Part shown: positions 1 through 11,759 of the stretch, piece after piece
Layout: every line of letters starts with the position of its first letter
How positions within the stretch are numbered: position 1 is the stretch's first letter
Source of the DNA: Chiloscyllium plagiosum
Lineage: Eukaryota
Direction of reading: 5' to 3'
NCBI RefSeq assembly: GCF_004010195.1
Contig: NC_057755.1
Span: forward strand, 9,401,306 to 9,465,305
DNA: 64,000 nt
Notes under the pieces: model-generated
What the model saw: only the letters and a program-made list of their open reading frames with translations
What the model was told of the DNA's origin: nothing
Database searches by the model: none
Translations under genes and position numbers: made by a program

Positions 1-674
1 CCACAACAGAATGAAACTTCCCGAGATAGCAAAGAGTAAAACAATACATTTCTTTCGATTCTTCATCTCTGGATCACATTGTTTATAAATTGTGTGACTC
101 TGAAGCCCTCTGCGTGCTTTACTTTTGATAAGTATACACCTGATGGTCAGTGAATTAAACAGGGCAATAAAAATGAAAGGCATCCAAACCAAACAGATGC
201 TGTAAAACCAGATGAATACGACTCCTGCAATTGAAGAAAAGAATGCCACACTTGCCTGACAGTTCCACTCCACACTATTAATAATGTGTTCAGATTCATA
301 TGCAAACAAAACCGGAATATCCTTGATGCACATGAAGACACAGCTAATTGTTGTAACGGTGCGTGCAATTCGCTCAGTGCAATATGTTGCCTTTAACTTT
401 GGACAGCAGATGACGACAAAGCGATCAAAAGTGAATGTGACTGTGAACCAGACTGATGAATCAATTATAACACAAGCTATATAATAAATAAATTTACAAA
501 TATGTGTATGAGAGAGAAAAGACAATGGAAAGTGATATGTAAGAATGCTATAAATTATTACATTAATGATTATGACCAGTAAGTCTGCTGTTGCCATGGC
601 AAGTATATAGACAGAGATACATTTCGAGAGGCCACAGTTTCCTCGTACAAGAATGATGATCGTCATTATGTTCA
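1..674 (-). CDS. GPR139-like class A GPCR, copy A, coding exon 2 (continues past left edge)
   Basis: Acceptor ttacag|TGAAC at 676-675. Hand translation gives 225 stop-free codons: VNIMTIIILVRGNCGLSKCISVYILAMATADLL...TFDRFVVICC...WNC...RKKCIVLLFAISGSFILLW. Colinear with 45799-46472 with no net indel. Probably absent from the ORF track because it has no stop in the window. Confidence 0.9.
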
Positions 675-1789
675 CTGTAAGTAAGGACAGAAACATTGAC
701 TCAGTATTTTAAAAGTAATCAGAGAAATGAAATATCAGTTGTAGATCAAGTTACTAGAGCAACATCTGGGGTCCTGAAGACAGATTCTGGATTAGTAATT
801 ATCAAGCACCACTCACCTCAAAGGATCTGTGTATTAATGAGTTTAATTTGAAGTTCTGCCCTGAGAAATGACAATGGAAGTCAAAGAGTCAGTGAGGAGT
901 TCAGCAGATTAAAAAGAAATGACAGTTTGATGCATTGAGACTTGACCAGTTGAAAAGAAACGACCTATTCTAACACGATTTTCTCGCACTATGTCCATTA
1001 CCTTGGTATGATAAAAAAACTGTATCATTCTTAAGTGCGACAAGGAATTTATAACTAACTGAAATGTAAATATAAATCGATACATCTTGCTCATAGCCCC
1101 CTTCATGAAAGTGAACCTTTCAACTGCTATACTTGCTCAGTCCCCTCTATAGTGCAATCATATGAGCACACCACCGCGTCCTACACCCGCCCACCTCCTA
1201 TCATATGCATTCTAGAACTGGGCAGAGTACAAATCTTCCAAACAATAGCTTCTCCATTCCAATTCCAAGTACGTTTTAGAGGCATGAAAATTCTTTATTC
1301 CTTAATATTAATGTTCCGTTGCAGAAGCTTATCATGAACAATTAATTGACAAAACGACAACCTTGCTGAATAGAGCACAACTATTCCTGTTGTCAGAATG
1401 TCGTGAACTGGGGCCTATACCTTAAGCATCACTTTTAAATGGATAATAAAGATCTTCAGAACATTTACATGCAGATAATACTTATTGACATGAACGCAAA
1501 AGGTTTGACATCTGAAACCTGAATGTACATGGAAGCTAATCGATATTCCAAAACAGGAAGAGTTTTCAAGAAACATCAATCAACCCCAGCTAATGCCATC
1601 CCAACATATTGTCTTGTCAACTTCTTCGGGATATTAATCGAAGTCTTCCCCTCTCTACTATCAATAGGACCTATATCCATGAAGCTAGGTTTCAAAATGA
1701 AGTAGAGATAAAGAAAAGGATTGAGATACAAAACCAGAACTTTCTGGAAAACCTCAGTCGAGCTTAGGTAGAAACAAATCTGAATTTGT

Positions 1790-2327
1790 GTAGAAGATTA
1801 TGAATGAAACACAAGCAAAAGAGAACAGAGTAACAAATAACTGAAGCTGTCCGAAAGCCCAACAGATCATCACAACTTAATGATGCTGTTCCAAATGTTT
1901 GCAACAATTCCCATAAACACCCCTTGGTACAAAAGTTAAAATCAAATACAGTGCCTTACAAGAGAGGCATGTCAGAGAGAGAGAGAGATCGTGGGAGATG
2001 GCAATATGAAACACCCTCTCCCATGTAGATGTGACTCGGATCAGCAGCCAAAAAAAGGCTGACTGCTCTCAGTGAATAGCTGGACTTGGAAAAATGAAAT
2101 CAAACCAGGGAACAGCTGAGCAGGGAGAGCTGACCGCTCCCTTTTCATTGTACAAGGTATTTTGTTTGAAAACTTTGAAAGCCTTTTTCATGAGACAATA
2201 TCAGTTAGCTATAATCAATTGGTGCGAAAACTCATCCAAGTCATACATTTCGGAATCCTTTTTATGACCTCTCTGAAAAAAGACATCAACCACAACAAAA
2301 TATTGTAAAAGGAGCAACATCATCACA
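1790..2327. mobile_element. Solo-LTR-like repeat in intron of copy A
   Basis: Homologous to 11170-11643, 47597-48127 and 54960-55423; ends in ggagcaacatcatcaca (CA terminus). Confidence 0.5.
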
Positions 2328-4369
2328 GTGATCGCAAAATTGTACTATTCTTTTGGAGACTGTTTCATTTCCAACAAATGTTGTAAACAACATTCCACCA
2401 TCGTGGAGGAAATAGGTGATCATCCAAGTCTCTGAAGAAGCAGAAGACAGCCAACATGGAAAAAATATTAAACTCAACCTCTGAAGAAAAAAATGGGGAT
2501 ATATTTTGAAATGTTCAATGAAAATTGTTTGAAAAACAAGATGGATTGCATGTCTAATCATTTCAAGCCCAAAAAACCCGAAAGTTTTTTGGAATCCATG
2601 ACTGAATATAATATTAAATAATGTTCAATAACGTATTTTGGAAGATATTTGAGACGGAAAAGGAACAGGCCATGACAGCACAAAGAACAGTTTTTGACGA
2701 TGTGGATAAATGTGATCGAAGCAGAAAATAATTGGAATTCTAGTTAATACAATCAACCTCTGAAGAGAAACTTCTTTTTCATTAGGGTCATTAAAACATA
2801 ATTTGTTTCGCATTGTTATCTGCATTTAATCATCATCTGAATAGTGAGCATATGAGTGGAGCCCAGTTTGAATATAATACAAATGTCCAAATAGGTTTCC
2901 ATTTTTCATTCTGGGAATTAGGTTCTCAACCCATAAAGGGTTTTATATATAGAGCAAATAAAAAGAGATGTGAAGGGGTTACCCAGGATTCGAGACCAAG
3001 GAAAATGGAACTATTGAGCGAAGTATCATCAGAGCAAAAGGCCTCAGTAGGCTGTGGATAAGGGGCAGAAGCAATCGAAAGTAGGAGATACAGTTTGCAA
3101 GATGATTTTCATCAAAATGATAAAGGAATTTGGCCAAAATGAAATAAAATTCTTGCTTTAAACGATACACAGCAAGGGACCAATATATGGCCTGTACAAA
3201 AGAGGAAATTTCCTTGTCGATTTGGCATATGCCAATGGCAAAAATGCAGATAACATATACCTGCATTCCACTTATAATGTGGAGAAAGAGGTTATGCTGA
3301 AACAGAGACTGGATTCTGTAAAGTGATTGCATTCCCTTTTTCAAATAATTCAAGCACAACAATCTGAAAGCAGGATGTTGGGGTAGTTCAAAGAGAAAAT
3401 ATGATAATAGGAAAAAAAAACCATACTTCCAATTTCTTGTACCTCTATTTTTACTTTGTTTCACAGAATGTCATCCTCCTTACTTAGGGTAGCTACGGAT
3501 GACCATCAATAATTGAGCAAGGGTAGGTAGTAGAGAGCCACGATTTGAATTCAGAAGTTCGTGTTGATAAAACTGTTGCCACGACCGTTTTTTGAACGAC
3601 ATTCAAGGTCACCAGTGCTAACTAGGAACACACTATACATCCACTTGCACACTTACTTTATTTTTCTCATGCACAAACTCTAATTCAGGATGTCCAATGC
3701 CACATGCATGAACGTTACTGCGGGAGTATGCTTGCCGGATTCATCCTGAACATGGTGAACAACATTGATACGTTGCATAATTGCATCAGGGAACAAGTAT
3801 TCAAGAGCGAGTGCCATTCATTTTAAGGAACAGGGTAATAATATCGTCGAGTGACAGAAGTCAAAGTTATAAGGCTTCAACGTTATCGTGCTTTTGTGTG
3901 CACGAATGAAGAGGATTGGGCATATTATACAGGGTAAAATAAATCTCTAAAGAATTTAGATGGTTTCCAAATTCATATGCATTTTGTCATGCAAAATGGT
4001 ATTTACATTGAGAGTAGAATAATTAAGCGCACCACAAGAGATTATTGAATGAAAATTAGGAAGCTTTGAATCCTCTTTTTATTGGCACAATATTTTGCTT
4101 TAGAAAACCCGGAAGGTTTGAATCTTTGACACCCAAACGATTGGACAGGAGTGAACACGGATACACACTGCAAACACTAAGTTTGTAAAGCATCCCAAAT
4201 TACTCTTGGTTCATAAATTTGTCATTGGAATTGGCTGAAACATTATTTTAGGATATTAAGCATAGCAACAAGAAATTCTTAGGGATTCTTGTCTCAGTAG
4301 CACTGGAATCACTGTACAAAAACAACAGCGACATGTGGAAGCCAGAGACGAGAAAGACAGTAGAAAGTA

Positions 4370-5550
4370 ACTCACCTCCTGGTTTTCTCAGAACCTGTCA
4401 ACCATCTACAAGCCAGGATTACAATGGAGTGCTCCTCACTTGGTTGAATGAGTGCAGCTGCAACTACTCTGAAGATGCTTGACATTATCCAGGAAAAGGC
4501 AATTCGTTGCTTAACACCAGACTCACAAGCAATCACTGTCTCCACCACCACAGATCATTAGATGTAGTTTTTTTTTAGTATCTAAAAGATGCACTGAAAC
4601 GGTTCACCAAGATCGTTTGACAGCAGGTTCCATGTTCACGCGACTTCCACCCAGAAGGAAAAGGGCAGCAGATACAAAACATAAGAAGAGATAAGGTAAG
4701 AGCACGAGTGGGCCATATGGCGCTTGAAGCCTGTTCTGACAGTCAATAAAATAATGGATGTTCTTTTCGTGGGCTCAGCTCCACTCAACTGCCCTCCACC
4801 AGAACGCATAATTCCTTTATTGTTCAAAAGAAGTATGTATCCGAGCTTTGAAAACCATTTACTGAAATAGCATCAACTACTTCACTGGGCAGCGAATTCC
4901 GTAGATTCACAACCCTCTGGGTGAAGAAGTTCTTCCCAATTCTGCTAAATCTGCTCCCCTTAAATGTCGAGCTATGTCTTCTTGTCCTAGTTTCACCTAA
5001 TGGTGGAAGCATTCTCTCTACGTCTATTTTATGTATTCCATTTATAATTTCATGTTTCCGTCGGATACACTCTAATTCTTCTAAATTGCAATGAAGGCAA
5101 TGCCGGTCTACTCAATCTCTCCTCATAATCCAACTCTCAACTCTCCAATCAGCCTTATGATACTCCTCCGCACTGTTTCTACTGCCAGTACATCCTTTTC
5201 AACGTAAATAGAGGAACAGCGCTCCAGGTGTGGCCTCACCAGAACCCTGTACAGCTGCAATGTAATCGCCCTGCTGTTTAGCTCAATCCTTTTAGACACA
5301 ATTCCATTTGTCATCATGGGATCACAATTACGAGCAAGTTCTCCTCCAAGCCATGTAAAATCCTGACTTACAACTAAATCACCATTCGTTCACTGTCGGT
5401 AGTACAAAATCTTGGATCTTCATTGGTAAAGGCATAATATGATCGACCGACAACATGTTGACTACAGTGGCTCAAAAATAATAGCTCGACATTGCCTTCT
5501 CATGGAAAACTACGGACGGGCAACTCAATGAATGACTACCATATCACAGG
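4370..5550. mobile_element. Old LINE 3' fragment with nested minus-strand CR1 3' end (~4690-5315)
   Basis: ORFs 5123-5317 (LQLYRVLVRPHLE) and 4824-5012 (FFTQRVVNL) are CR1 ORF2 C-terminal motifs. Flanks resemble a LINE tail interrupted at ~4690. Confidence 0.7.
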
Positions 5551-6554
5551 AATAAATAAATAAATATGTAAAGCGGTGACAGCATGAATTCATGAAAAAA
5601 GAAAATGCATGGGAGTCAAGTGAATGGATTCTACAGCTGAAAACACTGATGAGAGGAAAGGAGACGAATCTGTCTCTAAATTGGCAGAAAATGTTTCAGC
5701 ATTTAATCCATGAAAGATTGGTGAACATCATTAGTTTCATGCACTCGAACAAACATAATTGGCCTGGATAAAAGGAGTGAATTGACAAAGGAATCGATAA
5801 TGGAGCTGAGGTTCCTGGCCATCTTTGAGCAGAATGATGGGAGCCAAAGATTCTTCCAGCACACGTTCAGAATTTACGGGAGCAACTATCTCAAAGTTGT
5901 GGCAAAGATTGGACAGATCTGTAGCTGGGTAGAAATTCACAAACACCAATGAGGTGAATGAGCAGTGAGATGTATGTGGGATTTATGCATCTCGTGAGAG
6001 ATAATCTCTTTTCTCTGAATAAGTAGTTGCCAAAAAGACGGATGCAAAGAGTGTACCCTTACAGATTGGTACAGAATTCGTGTGAATCATTATCAACATA
6101 CCGTGGGATCATGCTCAGCAAAGCAAGTGAAATCTGTTTATCTCTTCTTTACCTTTATTTAGCGTTCTGCTATCTACGGTACATTGGGGTAATGAGTTCT
6201 ACAGATTCACAGCCCTTTGCCATATGTGGATCCAGTCTTCCATATTTGCTTGAAATCTGTTCCTCCCTCCTAAACCTCTGAACTCTCGTTCTAGTTTCCC
6301 CAAACGAGGACACATGCCATAAACATATTCATTGTCAATCACGTTTCGGTGAATTCAAAGATCAAACAAATGGTAATGAAATTATCACCTCCATGAAACA
6401 TGGACAATGTGAATACATGGTTTAAAAGTGCGTAGTGGAAACATCTGCCCGTGCATCATTGAGACCTGATAAACATTACAGCTTACCCAAAACAGATTTG
6501 GAACTCTGAAGCAATTCACACAAATTGACAATATAAATTTGAAACTGGGCTTAC

Positions 6555-6624
6555 CAGGGAAGCCAACCGTTGCAAGAATTGGATAATATATCTCCTTTAT
6601 CAACAGGATCATTGGCCGTTCCAT
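6555..6624 (-). CDS. GPCR copy A, coding exon 1 (MERPMILLIKEIYYPILATVGFP, phase 1)
   Basis: 70 nt from ATG to donor G|GTAAGC. Joins exon 2 as G+TG (Val), giving TM1 IYYPILATVGFPVN. Near-identical to 50443-50512. Confidence 0.88.
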
Positions 6625-6869
6625 TTTTCTGAGGAAGGATAACTTCTGTTTGACGAAAGAGACTCAGACAGGTGCTCGTCAGTGCCAGAAGAGCATCTGC
6701 TATTTATCTGCACTTGTTCCCTCAAAGGAATTTACGAGGTCTATAAAGAATAAAGTATGGGTGCAGGCCTCTCACAAGGGAAGACCCACAAACAGTTTTT
6801 TTTTGGATCAAAGTTATGAAGACATGTCATTAAAGTATTTGCTGATTCAAATTGCAAAGACATCTTGAT

Positions 6870-7880
6870 TAGCTGGTCAATGGGCTGTGATGAAGCAGGT
6901 CGAGTTTAATTTAGGTAAATGCGAGATATTGCATTTCAGAAAACAAACAAGAGCAGAACTTACGCAATTAATGTTAGTGCCCGAGGTAGTGTTGTAGATC
7001 AGAGAGACATACATGGTTCTGATATTTTTTTTTTTCAAATTTGTATCACAGGTTAGTAGGGTGGTTAACGAGGCGTTTAGCACGTTTGCCATAATAGATC
7101 AGACTTTTGATCTTAGATCACATTCGAATCTGGTATAATGCGCATGTCTTCAAAACGAATAGTCCATGATATGATTGATTAATTTAGAGCGTTCTTTGTG
7201 AAACGTGAACTTCCAGTCGAAGTGTTTTAAACGGTTTGGCTCTCAAACGATTTTCTTATAATACGAGAATGCACATGAATAGACTATCGTGCTACACCAC
7301 AACAGACTGCATCATAGTTGTGCCACCGTTTTGAGGGTTGTACACAACGTTGAATATTACTCTTCCATAGTACCATGGGAGTTCTGTTAACCGTGTTATC
7401 AGAAGAACATCATTAAATTGGAGAGGGGTCACGAAGAATTTAGGACAATGTTGCTGATATTGGAGGTTTTGAGTTATCAAAATAGGCTGGATAGATATAT
7501 GAAGTTAAGTGGACACCTAGAAGAGGTTTATAAAATCACAAAGGGCACATGTAAGCGAGGGTCTATTCCCGAGAGTGGTGGACATCAAATCTAGTCGTTT
7601 AATTTTTCAAAGTGTGAGGAGAAAGTTTTAAAAAGAACATGAGCGGCAGCTTTTCCAACCGTGTATGATTGGTCTGTGAATGAACTGTCAGGAAACGTGG
7701 TGGATGCAGGCATACTTACAACATTTAAAATACCATTGGATAAGTACATGAATAGCTACAGTTTGGAGGGTTGTGGGTCGAACACAGGCAAGTGGGTCTA
7801 GTTGTGTTTGGGAACATGGTTGGTGTGGACAAGTCATACTGAAGCATCCGTTTGAACAACTTGTAAGTTTTTGACTCTGT
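6870..7880 (+). mobile_element. Degenerate CR1 LINE 3' fragment (paralog ~50740-51750)
   Basis: Degenerate CR1 RT C-terminal and 3' tail sequence (gagtttaatttaggtaaatgcgag, gaggtttataaaatc). Confidence 0.65.
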
Positions 7881-9807
7881 CTAATTTGTCAATGACCTTA
7901 TTTATTCGTGATGGATGTCACAACTACGAATGCATTGGAGTGGGCAGCAGATGGCGTAGACACATCGATTGTAATCTCTTCCTTGAGTGGAAATTCTGAA
8001 ATGCCTTTGCATTTAAACTAGCACCAGTTGTCACTCTGTATATCGAGCCATCAGTCCTGTGGCCCATTGTGATGACAATGAATTTGCATTTACGTAATGA
8101 CACACTGTTGTCCCTGTCCACGTCTTGATTGAGAGCATTATCCAATCATTTCGTTCCTCACTGAAGGATTTGCCATGTGGACTGTCTCAGTGAACAATAT
8201 TGCATGGAAACAGTGAAAGTGGAAAATATGAACTCTAAAGCCATTACTTGCGGTGTCATTTTCGCATCCGCGAGCTCACACTGACACTTGCTGAGATCAC
8301 CACTGATCTGATAGAAGCACAGATCAATTTTCCTGCTTTCTATTGCCCAAGACGACTCACACACTAAATTCCCTGGCATATCCTTGGAATCCCTACTCAA
8401 CCAGAAATCCATAATTGTCAGGCTTTATTGCATTTGGTTCCCCAATCAGCCCTACAGACAGGAGAGGAGATTTCCCCAGCCCTCAGAACTCTCTGAGAAA
8501 CAACCTTCATGTCTGTCTACATTGACAGATGGATTTCTAAAATTGAATTGCACTGGAAGTGTTAATGAGTGGATTTCTGTATTCACAATGAACCGAGCAG
8601 TACAAAATTCCTCAGAAGGACTGCATAAACAACAAAGAGCTACCTGGCATTTCTCCGGAACTCTATGGCTCTCATTCTCAATAGTCAAACAATAGCCAAA
8701 CAATGGAAATATCTTTTTCTTTATCAAACCTGACTTCATGTCTTAAAATCTTCAAAACATTAATGATTCAACTCTCAACTTTCTAAATTCTTGTGAAAGC
8801 AGGTTTAATTTGTAAAATTCTCATCATAACCCTGGACGTCAGTTACCATTCTTGTAACCTTACGTTATACTAACTGTAAGTCGAAGATGTTCTTGTTAAG
8901 ATATGATGAACCTTTAGGTCAAGGAAAATACACCGTTGCCTCTCCACAGGCAAATTACTAAAGCTGTGAAATAACAAATTAATCAAAGTATTCTGCCTTA
9001 CATAGTTATTTTTAGGTTGCCTATGAAAGATGAATGAAATCAAAGGAGTGCAGTGAGGCAACTTGGGTGATCAAGGAAGAGGACGTGATTTGGACTGAAA
9101 TCTCTTGTGAATCATGCAATTTTCAGCAGATTTATTAAAATCTGTTTGGAACAACGGCACGACAGTAATGTTATAGGCAGGCATTTAGATAATGTAACAG
9201 TCGATGTCTCAGGAGCTCAATTGTAGAAGGTTACTGGGGTGGAAGTGAAGTATAGTTTGGGATGGCACTGTTAAATGGTCAGAGTCCGAAATAATGTGGA
9301 CATGCCAGTGTTTGGCCCGGTGTGGAAAAGACAAAAGTCGTATGATAAGTGCGTATAGTACTACTGATGTATTATAAATCACAAGTTTTCAGAGCGATGC
9401 TCCTTCATCAGTTTATGTGGATGGATGCACACCGGCACAGAATATCTCGAAGGAGTTGTGGTTTCATATGACATTTGACGTAGTCCTAAATGATACGAAT
9501 CTCGCCGTCTTGTGACGTGAAGATTGATGGATTTGTTGAAAGAGGCAATGGATTTGTCATTTTTGCTGAGGGTTAGTACACGGATTCATAAGTTTAGTAC
9601 ATATCCCCCTGTGGCTACCTTAAATGACGTTAAGGGTAAAAACGAGTATGTGTAATGATAACTCCCTCAGCCATTCCTTCCAATTGTATCATTCTATGTG
9701 CTTGCTTTGCTTCTTCTTACCTCTGAAGAAAGATAAAGAATGGCTCGAGCCATGGTCGCATTTGAACCGAGGTAGAGTACATTATTGTTTGTGTGTTTGG
9801 ATTAATA

Positions 9808-10139
9808 GAGGTCTGCAGATGCTGGAGATCAGAGATGGAAATGTGTTGCTGGAGAAGCGCAGCAGGTCAGTCATCTCCAGCATCTGCAGACCTCATTTTC
9901 TCTTCAAAGATTTCAACCTACTGCGAATCCTCTTACAAGGATGCCTTCCTTGAAGAAGCTCTCTTCCTCCCTCTACAAAGGTTTCAGTGAGTCCCTTTCT
10001 CACTGCACCCCCCAGGTCATCTCCTCTGCTCAGAAGCTCTTCAGCCACTTCCTGAAGAAGGGCTAATGCCCGAAACGTCGATTCTCCTGTTCCCTAGATG
10101 CTGCCTGACCTGCGGCGTTTCTCCAGCAACACATTTCCA
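9808..10139. mobile_element. Short Penelope-derived insertion with inverted repeats and 14-bp TSD
   Basis: TSD tgtttggattaata at 9794-9807 and 10140-10153; empty site in paralog near 53827; shares terminal sequence with the Penelope element at 15067. Confidence 0.8.
10047..10084 (+). ncRNA. Putative minimal type I hammerhead ribozyme in Penelope terminal repeat
   Basis: CTGAAGA-A-GGGC-TAAT-GCCC-GAAAC-GTC matches the CUGANGA / stem II / GAAA / NUH core. Confidence 0.55.
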
Positions 10140-10479
10140 TGTTTGGATTAATAATCTAGTAACAACAACGGTGGACCACCGCTTCAATTTTGAGCTTCAG
10201 AAAATATTGTTGATGGACTGTAGTGGCTGCATGGTTCATGCATTACAATGAAGAATGCAAATGGAAGCTGATGCTCCATAACCATTTGATATCACCAGAA
10301 TAATCGAATGATGGACATCTTCAATTTTGTTACTAAGCAGACGTCATTGTTTCTAAAGCTCCTCGCAAGAAGAGTCTGTCACATTGGAAAATCAACAGAT
10401 AATCTTAAATTAATTGTCAATATAATTCTTGAGAGTGGATATTGAGATCCCTCCAGTTACAGAATAACAGAACACCAAT

Positions 10480-11683
10480 TACCTGCGAGCTCCATTGGCG
10501 AAAAGAATATGTTGAATTGTCAAGCAATTTATTAAGGATATCAAGAAAAGAGAATCTAAGAAACTAAAATACTGTGTAATCAGGAGAATGATACAGCTCA
10601 TTGCAAATTGAAAAAACTCAACTTGGTGTGACAAACTGACTGGAAATGATCCAATACTTGTTCAGTTTTGTATCAAAATTGAAACGGTTTTCTCACAGAA
10701 AAGCAGAGAAGTGGTGCTCATTTTAACTGCAGCCACTGTCCTTTCTTCTGGGTGCACTTTGTCTTCAGACTCTCACAATACGCTTCAATCAAATATGAAC
10801 ATTGCAGGGAACCAGACTGCCGTTGAAAGGCTGACTGAGTTCAATAGCGTTTTAAAATACTTTTAAAACAAAACTCGAGTAAAGGAAAGAAGGAATGTGT
10901 AACGTGATGACCGAAAACGTGTTAGACAGTTACACTGAACATCATGATCAGAAGAAATGTTATTTCCAAGGCCTACATGTAGGTAGAATTACGTTCATAA
11001 AGGCCGCAGTGATGTGGACCAGGGCAGACCGACTCAAAACATTTCAAGAAGGTAACCAAGACCCCGACTTCTCCAACTGCATTAAGCAAATGTACAGTAG
11101 TTATTCTAGTTGTGATGTAGCTGGACAAATCCCCTCAGTTTTAAAAGAAACAGGAATGATTTACAAGGTAGAAAATGAAACCCAAACAAAAGAGAACAGA
11201 ATGCAGGATAATTGAACCTTTCCGAAAATCCGACAGAGCATATCAAATGAAAATGCTGTTCCAAATGCTTGCAACATTCGCCATAAACACGTCCTTATTG
11301 AAAAATAAGTAAAATCAGACAGAGGTTTTACAGGAGAGAGGGATGGAAACGAGATTTAGCACGGAACCACGAGATTTAGCATGGATTCTCGAGCTGTTTG
11401 TTTGGATTCCCCAGATAAAAACTGACGGGCAACTCTGAGCAGTCAGCCTGCTAACACCAAATCAAACTAGAGAAAATTTGAACAGGGAGAGCTAGCTACT
11501 GTCCTTTCATTGCACGTTTTTATTTATTGAAAAGCTTCTTCAAGTAGATAAACCCGGACATAGTGGAACTCGTGACAAGAAAACCCTCTGAAAAAATGAA
11601 ATTAACGACGGCATAACTTTCTTAAAGGAGCAACGTCGTTACATCAGTTTCTCCTGGGGAGAATTTCCATCGTCACCGGTTTG
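10480..11683 (-). pseudogene. Highly degenerate GPR139-like GPCR pseudogene (TM1-TM5), split by solo LTR
   Basis: Acceptor ttgcag|CAAAC at 11685-11684. Reads AN.VTMEILPRRN, then the LTR, then CGLYERNSTYM*ALE...HVFGHHVTHSFF...VWFPAMFIFD*...HILFANGARR. Confidence 0.75.
11010..11643. mobile_element. Solo LTR inserted in GPCR pseudogene (paralog ~54810-55423)
   Basis: Starts tgatgtggacc and ends gtcgttaca; flanks gcag/tcag; GPCR reading (NC|G) resumes exactly on both sides. Confidence 0.65.
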
Positions 11684-11759
11684 CTGCAAGTGGAATCAAT
11701 ATCACATTTAAATTGTGATTTCTTAGAAACCAAAACTTCTCAAATTTTATTTTGAAATA

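Noticed and set aside
284-484. Conserved plus-strand ORFs (284-484, 46010-46282, 26451-26669)
   Set aside because: Antisense shadows of the GPCR coding exons.
2330-3464. 161-aa ORF 2979-3464 and possible L1-like remnant
   Set aside because: ORF not conserved in the paralogous intron and has no recognisable motif; repeat identity could not be supported.
6385-6554. Remainder of the 79-aa ORF 6385-6624
   Set aside because: Intron read-through beyond the GTAAG donor; not an ORF in the paralog.
11010-11643. 3' LTR of the Gmr1 element
   Set aside because: Does not resemble the putative LTR at 13454-14204 and is flanked on both sides by GPCR pseudogene sequence; it is a separate solo LTR.
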